Shown piece by piece: positions 1 to 12,022 of a stretch of DNA of 64,000 nt (position 1 is the first letter of the stretch; every line of letters starts with the position of its first letter). The stretch is from Balanoglossus misakiensis (lineage: Eukaryota; Animalia; Hemichordata), in the NCBI GenBank assembly GCA_040954595.2, contig CM082577.2:7279846-7343845 (forward strand), in the 5' to 3' direction. The position numbers and the translations under genes were made by a program. The notes below the pieces were generated by a model. The model was not told the origin of the DNA, searched no databases, and saw only the letters and a list, made by a program, of their open reading frames with translations.

Positions 1-1851
<1,851 letters not shown>

Positions 1852-1933
1852 CTTCGAGCAGTGTCTTGACAGCCTGTAGTGTGTATCTTCGAACTGCCGG
1901 ACCAGTCTGCCGTGGGTGAAATGTTTACCCAAA

Positions 1934-1939
1934 TTTATA
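1934..1939 (-). promoter_or_regulatory. Putative TATA box of the defensin-like gene
   Basis: GGGTATAAATT on the minus strand, ~85 nt upstream of the ATG at 1851. Confidence 0.45.
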
Positions 1940-3678
1940 CCCCAGCTTCCCTTATGTTGCCAGATAAGTAGCTGCCCGTCATGCAAAATCTTATAGGTAC
2001 CGGATCATACTTTGCTGGCACATATGCTGTCCTTTTGTCTCTACCGCAGAGACCGATGTCGGCGACAGTGAGGAAGAGGGGAAAGGCGATGACAGGTGAC
2101 GTCGTGTAGCATTAATCGCCGCTCACTTTTTATATTTGTGGGCTATTTCATTTCATTGTTCATGTTGTCATGCTCAGTGATTGCTTATTGAGCGCAGAGG
2201 TTTTTTTTAGCTAATTGAATGCACCATAGTTTGTTTCCCAAATGTCAATCGGCATATCGATCAGGTTATTGCACATAAACCCCTCATCTTAGAGTCTAGA
2301 ATGATGTACTTCGTTCCCTTGATTAAAGTAAGGATGTTTTATTGATTTTACTGGATTTATCTGCTGCCTTCCACGCAATTGATCATGATATCATTTTACA
2401 CAGGCTGTGTTTTAGATTTGGTATCGGGGTAAGGGGTTTTGGATTAGTTAGTTAAATTACAGTGCATGAAGAAATATTACTTTGTAATTTCTAGTCAATA
2501 AACACCAACACTTAAGCAAAACATATTTAGCGCAGTCATGCTAATTAACACGTCGTCATCGCTCAAGCAAACCTAATTGAACCAAACCAGCGGAGTAGTC
2601 AGATATTGATCTGATAGGCAGCTGACTGCACCAACGTGACAACATGAGCGATTCGCACATGTAATGCAAACTATGGTGAGTTAAATCTTATGCAACGCGG
2701 CCTCGCTTGTATCACCACAACAACGTTTGCATCACAATAATTAGGCCAATGCAACCAGACATATTATAATAGATTAGGCCGACATCTGTTAAAAAAATAT
2801 GAAATGTGGATTGCCACTGATATGCAGGGAATAGCCGGTTCACCTGTTACCTGTAGTATTAATTAACCCGCTTTATATATGAGACACAGATGACGACGTC
2901 AAGCGCCTTACTCGGTATCCCAAAATTAAATGTCTCTGGCAATCATGATAAATATTGCTGTAGTTTTAAATGATACGTATAGCAACATAGTGTATATTTT
3001 AGCTTGTCTGCGTAAATGGTGCACGCTGTCACATTTATTTGAGTGGGTTTTCAGTCCCTCGCTTCTATCATTAATGAAGATGATATTTGCATCCACTTGC
3101 TGAGAAGTTAGAAGTACTGAATAGTAAAGACATGATATAGTCTACAAGAGTTGACGTTGGCATTTATTGTCAACACAACATTTATAAATATTCATTAGAA
3201 AAGAGACAATGGAAAAAATATTGGCCAAGTTGGAGACGAAATACCATTCCTTTACTCGAGTTTGTCTCCATCTGAGACCACACGTGCAAATCCGATATAG
3301 AAGAATGAGAATTCGAATCCTCCCCCCCCCAAAAGCAAAACAAGCGGCTAAATAAAATCATTTTATCTCGATGAAAAGTGTTTCCATGATTCGTCACCCA
3401 TAACATGCGCGAGTATCCAGCATGGTGCAAACTTCTTCGGTTACCAGGGTAGCTTTATTCAAATGAAATAAAGCGATTGCGTGCAATCTGTGATTCAAGC
3501 TTTTCGGTGCCTTTAATCTAACCTCACCCACCCACACAGCGCAGTCCAGTACATGGGCACATGCACACCCTATACCTAGCAAAATGTACACCAATATTCG
3601 GCATGTTTGCTTCATCGGTGTAGATTCGGTCACCCGCTTAACACATCGGAACAAATCTGATGGTGCAACTTTTGTCCC

Positions 3679-3715
3679 TGACGTCACTTCCGCGTTATGT
3701 ACTCGACGCCATCTT
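3679..3715. promoter_or_regulatory. CRE/ETS/YY1-like motif cluster upstream of the DOMON gene
   Basis: TGACGTCA (3679-3686) abuts CTTCCG, followed by CGCCATCTT (3707-3715). It lies ~650 nt upstream of ATG 4354 and could instead be transposon-derived. Confidence 0.3.
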
Positions 3716-4353
3716 GTATTCTCTCGTGTTTTGGCAGATTTGCCGAATAATTATGCTTGTATATTAAACACTTACAAGTTGCCTTCAAAGTCGTTATTCA
3801 TCAAAAGAAACCTAAAATGGCAAAAATTAAGGTCAAAATTGAGAATCCTTGACCAACTGCATACTATGTAAATGGTTTCTCCGTACATGTTTTTCTCCAA
3901 CACTGGCCCCACTACACTACAGAGCAGAGAGATTTTCCGAACTCACACGAATATCTTCGTGATCACTTTAAAGATTGTTGAGATAAATTAAATTTCGCGA
4001 ACATAACTCATGGCCACGTAGGTACAAAATGATTGGCCGTCCATCTTACCCTTTTATCATTCCAATCAGCCAGCAAACAAACCAGCTGGCTATCCCTACC
4101 CCAAGCGAATTCTCCAGAGTCATGCAATCGTTCGTAGCCAACCCCTTATCAAATCATCCGCATGCCCAACTCGAATCCAGCAATGGACGTTACAAAACAT
4201 TCAGTGGCAACGATTATCAAAGTTATCACACACAGCGGATTAAAGTTCTCACGTTGAAGATTGCCATAAACGCACGTGCCGTTATACCCCTTGAACATCT
4301 TGAACAGCACAAAAAAAATCATTTCAGAGTTACTTGCGAACGAACCCACAAGC

Positions 4354-7300
4354 ATGTACACCGCAGCGGTTTTCGTGGCGATGGTGGTTGCGTGTTCTGC
4401 TCATATGAGAGTTACATTCCCGGCGGCACGAAACTACGACTTCGATTGGTTGGACGATGTAGAAACGCAACTGCCTTGTGGCATGAGGCGAGGTAAACGG
4501 TTTATTTCAATGTCTCTCATTTGAGATCAGAGAGAAGATGGAGGTGAATTCCTGTGTTAATATGATTTGAATCTTGAGTTGGAAGTGAATTTGATACGAG
4601 ACCCAATTTGTTGAACGTTGTTTGCACGTATACTTTCTATAAAGGCTGTAGACGTCCAGTATTATCGTTACTCTCGGCAGGGATGATTAAAATCCATGCC
4701 GGATTAGCTTCTTTCCAGATTTTTTTTATAATTAATGTTGCTTAGCTCACTGAAATATGCACATTAGCGGATTTTAACAAATTAATTCATAGACTCTTGA
4801 TACGAATAACATGGTGGTATTTACCACAGCTCCATTGAAGGGATTATTTAAATGTCAATGTATGCAGAGACTGAATTGAGCTGAGACAACCAGTGATTCG
4901 TCATATTTTAGTGAACAGAACAACATAAGTCTATTGAAAGAAACTAAAATACCCTTGAAAATAATGCCACTCGTGAGCGATTTCGCCCAGATGATACCGC
5001 TATAGAAAGTACGGTGTGGGCGGTGGCTTGTGAGTATTGATGCCGGTATATTCTAGCTCTTTGCGTGTAGTGCTTTATTTTATTGATGCTGGCCATGCAA
5101 CATTGCAATTACCAGTGGCAATCGGTTGGAAGATCACTGCCTAATCTGTATAGCCATTTAAGAGCTAGAAGCTAGATTTCGATTTATGTAAAAAATGGCA
5201 GTTTCCTAAAGCAAACCAACTGTGCTTGTACCGGCAATTTCAAACTGTTGTGAAACAATCCGCTCGTGATGTAACTTCGCCAAGGTTACCGCTGACAGTG
5301 TCCTTGCACAAATTGTACTTGTCATGACATGACGTTAATCGCCTTAAGCCAGTCCTATCAGGTTAGTGATAGTGCAGATTTCATCCAAGTGTCCACCCTT
5401 TGACCATCCATAGTTTTTCCTCGTTTGTGGATATCGTCCATCAGCTCACATTGCGCAAATTGTTTTCTCACCCCAAACTGTTCATTGGCACTAAAGAACG
5501 TTTGTGTTCAAAACGTAGGCTGACATTGCAATCTATAATCACTGTGATATCAAATTGGGCGTATCACAACCCTTCTGTTGATTTTGAAAAGTTCCAAGAG
5601 TCACCACCTTGTCAAGGTCAAGCATATGTACAGCGATCTAGCAACCAGTGGGCTTGTTTAATAGTGTTTTAAAGCTGACGCCTTCAACAGCAAATTGGAA
5701 TTGAAGTTTGGCGGGAACCTTTTGGATCCCTCGTCGTGTGCGCCGCAGCAAATCTTTGCTTCGAAGAAAAACAACGATTCCAATTAAACTGCCAGAAATC
5801 AATCACGATTGTGTTGTCAATAATCTCTTGTGTACTCCTCTTTCACATTTCCCCGTGTTCCAACACGAGACCTGATGTCGTTCGATTTCTGTGAGATCAC
5901 TATCAATGAAATCAGTTTGTGATAATTAAATTATAGTATTATCTTGTTCTCGACAGAAGCGATATTTCCTGTAACAAAGTTCCAAAAGGGACAGGACGTG
6001 GTGGTCACATGGCACCAGTCTATAATCCATGAGGTGAGGTACCGGTATCTACCGGTCATCGTATATTGCATCGCAAGGCCTATGTATTGTATTTTCTGTA
6101 TTACTTTGTCCCTTCCACGAATTATTAAAACCGACAATGTCAATAATTCCATGGCGGTACACTCGATCATTACACTTCAACACGATCGAATGTAAACATG
6201 TCGACGGTAAAATTTCAAACGCTTTCTATTTCACAGGGCGGTGTGAAAATACAACTACTGGATAGCAGTGGCAACGTTTTGTACAATCTGACCAAATCCG
6301 ACGAAGATGACTATTTGTATAGAAACGATACCAGGCAAGTGTGCTTTGTTGTAATATGTACCTGTAATACCCTGTATGTTCCTTCGCGCGTGTCAGTGAC
6401 AGAGCACTGTCTTCACTACTCTGTAACAGCGTTGTTATGGAGATGCACGACTGCGCGCTGCATCGCATACTTACTGATTTTTGCGCAATTTCAGAATTGA
6501 AATTCATACAGTATTCTTGCCGGCCGACTATGTGTGCGACGACTGCATCTTGCGTGTCAGGCGCGAAGTTTCCATTCCGGAGATTCAACTGAAGCGGGAT
6601 TATCTCAGCTGTGCAGACATCGTCATTGAAGGTGAGCCTGGCCCACTGTTGTATGGAAAGCCTTGGCTTTTATTAGTAGTCCTTTAGCGGTCAAGGTTTA
6701 CTAAAACCTAGTGAATAAGAATTGTATCACCAATGCTTTTAGGCAAAATGCGTCTTTGGATTTGACTTCTTCTGACTGGGCTTCTCTATGTGGGGAAATT
6801 TTAACGTATGCCAACTTCAATAGCCTCTCATTTCTGACAGTAATCTCATCGTTGTAATGTTCGGATATTCGGCTTAATGGAAAAGCATTGTAGGGCTTTA
6901 TTTTCAATGAGAAATATGGATTTTAAAAAAAAGTAATCATACTCTGAGGGAATACCATGTAGCTCCACCTGAACACCCTAACCAGAATGCGACAACACAT
7001 TTCATTGGTGTGGATTTCAGTTTGATTTGATGAACATGACAGTACGGGTCGAGGTAGAATAATCCAACATCCATGTTTTAGTGTGTTGCCAGCTTTTACA
7101 ATGCCTAGTGCGTTCGTCACGATCTGCCGACATACTATATTATTTACAATTCTAACGTCCCGCGATCAAACGTTTGTAATGATTGCGTATATTCTGCACC
7201 CTCTTGAATATTCATAAGATAACTAAATATTGTTTTAATATTTGTCTCTAGAAAGTTTACCATGTCCGTCCGATTGCTCGGGCCATGGCACGTGCGTTAA

Positions 7301-10300
7301 TGGTACGTGTGTTTGTAATAGACTGTACATGGGCGATGCATGCCAGTACAGAGGTAAGCACGCCCACTCGTCAACCTTATTCTATAGCCACGGTCTTTGT
7401 AGTACAATGTATGTGTTTAGTGCAAGCTCAGTGTACGGAAATGCCACGTTTGGTGATATATTCCATGTGAACCGCTTGAATATTCAAGATTGTTAACCCG
7501 TATTTCATCTAGCTGTGCACTCACTGTCATCAAGTTTACTCTTACTGTACCAGCAAAACGTATAACTGGGATCTGAAGCAAAGCAGGAGTATTGCTCAAT
7601 ATGGCTGGCTTCAAAAATAAAAGAAATATTTTTGGCAAATATCTTATTTTAGATGAGTGTGAAGATGACACAGACTGCGGGGTTCATGGTCGATGTATTG
7701 ACTCGCAGGGAACTTTCTATCCCAAGAAGAAATGTTTCTGCGAAGAAGGGTTCTTTGGACTGGACTGCAACTTAGGTATTGTCCTTTGTCCTTCCAACAT
7801 TTGACATTTACTGGTAAAGGTTAAAAAGAGACGGTAGATGGTATGTGAGTTTGGGATGAACGGCTACAAACTCAACAGTCTATATTGTCAGAGTATGACC
7901 TCTGTGGGCAAGGAAAGCCTCTGAACGAATGCCCCGCGCAGTGCACGGTGGAGGCGGAAATATTTAAGTACTTGGTTCACTATCATCGATTTATAGACTT
8001 GAGATACAAATTTGTATAATTTTTTTGTATTCCAGCGAACCCATCGGATTTTATAATCGATGTAACCAGTGATGTTTACAATCATATTCAGCTCAACGAA
8101 AACACAGATATGCACATGTATTGGAGAATTTTGGAGGTGGGTCCGACAACAAAAATGTTTATTCAACAAAAATGTTTATTCGAACTAGGGCGTGAGTTGA
8201 GTACCATGGTATGCGGGTTGAAGAATTCAGCTGACAGACTAAATCAAAATCAAAACAATAACTTTGTGAACTTTCCAGAAGTGTTTAACTTTTATTTCGC
8301 CGCAATGCAAGTAACAAATAGTGCGAAAATATTAAAATAACATTTTTAAACGCTCCCTGTTTACAGGAATCATCAGAAATAGAAATAGTTGTCCAGGCTA
8401 ACACCAATAACTGGATAACGCTTGGATGGAAACCAGCAGGTGAGAGGAACGATAAAAAACATTCAGTATAATATTGCATTGTATCCGAAAACTAATGGTG
8501 CATAAGTGAAATTACATTGATAAATAAATTAATCAGTGTTATTTTATTATTCATAAACATTTATCCAATAATGGATGAATATTTTTATGATTGCAGATAT
8601 AACTATAGAATGCAGTACATTTCCCGTACCGCGATCCGGTTACCCCGACCAGCCTGAAACGGTAGGACATGATAAGCGTTTTGTTTTATCGTCTGGCCGC
8701 CAACCTTAAATATAGGACAGTGAGTTTTTCTGTCTGAACTTGAACGATCGTCATGTGGGCTGTCTCTTTTCAGATTACCGTGTCGTTTGTTTTAGTTAAA
8801 TTTAATTTCATGCTGTCTTCGTGTTTTTGTGGAAGGGCGAGCTAATCAGACCTATGTACTGCGCCGATATGGTCGTTGGCATGGCGATTGGTAATTTGGG
8901 CAGAGTGCGAGACCTTTACTCGCGCGACCAGTCGACGCCGCAGGAAGACGCGTGGTTTGGCGGGACCGACGGCATCACGGCATCCACCGCAACTGACTTT
9001 GACGGTGTTACTACAGTGGCTTTCAGGAGACTGCTAATGAGTATGTCTGTTACATTATGACGTGATTGGTAAGATCTCAATTTTCCATGGTAACCGTGGC
9101 TAAATAAGCCTGTAGGTGACCGCGTCTCATCCAACTTGTGTGTTTCCAAAACAGGCGCTGAACGATCGGATCATAACATCACAGACTCTGACATGATGTT
9201 AGTGTGGGCACGCGGTCGACAACAGGACGATTTCTATCAACACGATGAGTTCAAGGGTCACGAGCTTTTCAATTCAGATTATCGAGGTTCCACTGTTCTT
9301 AACTTTTTTGGTAAGTTATTAACAAGAGCTGTTACATAGTCTTGTAGTGTAGAAAGGAAAAAAAAAAGAATAATAGACATGTCAAATAATTCACCAATCT
9401 CCTAATAAGAACGTCAGGATCCAACCTACGTGATCAATAGATACTCTCCGAAATCCAGGTGTTCAACCTTTGAAAAAATTGTGTTGTATGCTACATCAGG
9501 GACAAAGCCACTCCACGTGGAACGACCGTACATGTAGCCTTGTAGGTATTATTATGGAGTACCCAGGCCACCATTTCATTTGGTATGCACGAAAGTTGGC
9601 AAACCTATTTGACATTCTGTACAATATACGTGTACAATAAACAGATAATGACGACGACGAAGAAGACGGCTGTTACAGCGAATTTCGATATCCAAGTGAT
9701 TGCGACACAAACGACGATTGCAGCTACCACGCCAAGTGGACCGTCGATTCTGAGAACGGAGAAGTGCATTTTGAAATAGTGGCTGTGGACTCACAGGATC
9801 GATGGGTCGGCATCGGGTTTTCTGAGGACACGTTAATGGTATGTACATATAGGGCCCTGTAAATTAATCCACAGTGAACTATGTGCTTTCAGAGGGTTAA
9901 AATTTCACGCCCAGCGCCAGTTGTCGTGTTTACGAAGTAATACCATTGTACTTTGTGGATTTCGTTTTCCTGGGAAATCTCAGTCTTGCGCAATGATTTG
10001 TTTTTTTTATTATACTGTCTCACCTGTTTCACTGTCCCTACACTTACACAGTATTGCCTAACTTCCACCGCAGCGCACGTCGCGTATGTAAACGTGGTAT
10101 AGTGAAAATGTGCTGAATAATCAGTCGCTATACAATCATCAACATGGCTGATGTTTTAGTGGGGAGGTTCACCACAGTTAGGAGTAAAAAGCAATTTACC
10201 ATTTAAAGCAAGTGATGGAGAGAAGACAGATGGTGGTGATGTCAACCACAAAGATACAGACAGCATCTCTTCCACTGTCAGAACAGTTTACTCGTAAACT

Positions 10301-11079
10301 GCTCTGACAAAACTCGTTTCTTCCCGTTCACGTCCACCATGCAGACTGACTCCGATGCCATTGTCGGGTGGGTGACGGCAGAGGGCGTTGTTGAAATCAC
10401 GGATCGTTGGATGCCCGGCTACGTAGTGCCACCGCTGGACGCCGAAGACAACGTTTACAACAAAGCCGGCAGGCATGTCGACGGCAAAACAACGCTGTCA
10501 TTTTCAAGAAAAATAGTAACGACAGACACTAGCAGGGTAATATCTATTTTGGTTCTTTTTCGCAAAGTGTGACTTTTAAGAAATACGAGCCATTTATGGA
10601 TCGGCTTTGATTGTGTTTTGATACAACAAACAATTTTCGATTGTACATAAGTCACATTTATGTCAGTCTTATAATTATTTTCTTCATACCCATGCAGGAT
10701 TTGTCGTTGATTTGCCCCTACCTCCTGTTTCCGATCAGAGGTGGTTCTTACGACGCTGCCAGTAAAAGCATTGGTATCCATCGCCAGTTTCCCTTGGTCA
10801 GTACCGGGACTGTGTGTTTTCAAGCATGCGGTAGGTAACCATTAAATGATTGCGTGTATCCAGCTCAAAAATCAAAACCGCCGCATGATTTAATCATCGT
10901 CACTTGCTAATACTTGGCCCAATACTTTTTGCCTTCTTCCAGAGTCTCCGACCGAACTATCAGTCACAGCCGAAGCGTCGACCACCGCAGATGCTCTGAT
11001 GAACACCTGTTCCGTCGGAACGCTCTCATTGGCAGTGGCAGTGTACAGTTTCCTCAGTCGCCATTGGTTGTCCCATTAG
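4354..11079 (+). CDS. Secreted/GPI-anchored protein: His-brace LPMO-like N-domain, 2 EGF-like, 2 DOMON (~643 aa, 15 exons)
   Basis: Exons 4354-4492, 5957-6033, 6237-6334, 6495-6631, 7252-7353, 7653-7775, 8036-8136, 8367-8439, 8597-8661, 8836-9040, 9155-9310, 9645-9838, 10345-10536, 10698-10830, 10943-11079 total 1932 nt, open throughout, with all phases matching and one GC-AG intron. Signal peptide [51 protein letters not shown] motifs [28 protein letters not shown] and [31 protein letters not shown]. The C-terminus is an S/T-rich linker plus hydrophobic tail. Confidence 0.9.
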
Positions 11080-12022
11080 GTGACGTCACAGAATCTCAAC
11101 TGGACTATGTAAATAGACGACAGCGACAAAATAGACGGTGGAATGTTTCGAGTAGGGCACGACATATCAACTTGTATTATATAAAATACCAGTACAAGAT
11201 CAGAATATTTTGAAGGCGTTGATACTGAAATGAAATTACTGGCACCCCGCCGACTCGTGGGATGCGGCCTTCATCAACACTTGTGGCTCACCCGACATTA
11301 CCACACAGGTGATATCGATCGATGACCTCATAATTGCCGGCGTCAATGGCCGCAAATTCCGTCTTGTCGTTACTGATCGAAACGATCCAAGTCACTCTTC
11401 GCCAGCTGTTTGAATCACGCACTCTGCACCCAATAACCAAGATACTGTAGTCTTTAGTCACCTTTTTTGTTGTTACTTTATGTATTTTTTATTGGAATAT
11501 AAACTATTGTACACACTGGAAAAAATACGATATTATTTACATGTAATTGTCGAATACTTACTTGCGCGTTTCTCGTCACAGGTTGATGACGAGATGATAC
11601 GCACGTCTACAAGACATACTTTTTTGTTTAGTGACGAAGCATGAAAAGCATGAAACTGACGAGAAAAGATCCGTGGAAGTGCCTCTAACAAAAATGGGAA
11701 GTTGCTGTACACTTCCTGCTGATAACGCAATAAATATAGTCATGCAGACATGCAGCAGGCCTTCTATTTAAATGGGTCATGAAAGAGGGAACTATATTTG
11801 GACGAGAGAAGACATTGTTCAGCATTTCAATGACCAAATTGGCCACACCCAATAACCTCAAAAGCTAAATTTAATCTGGAATCATTGCGGGCTGAAAGAA
11901 AATCAGTTCGGAAATTATATAGTGTATCTGTCAAAGAAATGCTCTATTTAATCCTCACACACCCTAGACCAAGACTTTAGTATGTGATAATTCCACAGTG
12001 TCACGATAATCCTTTCCACGCA

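Noticed and set aside
4029-4496. 155-aa plus-strand ORF
   Set aside because: Out of frame with the real exon 1 (ATG 4354) and has no recognisable motifs.
11320-11385. Possible SECIS element (ATGA...AA...TGAT) in the DOMON gene 3' UTR
   Set aside because: No in-frame TGA in the gene model and the stem geometry is unconvincing.
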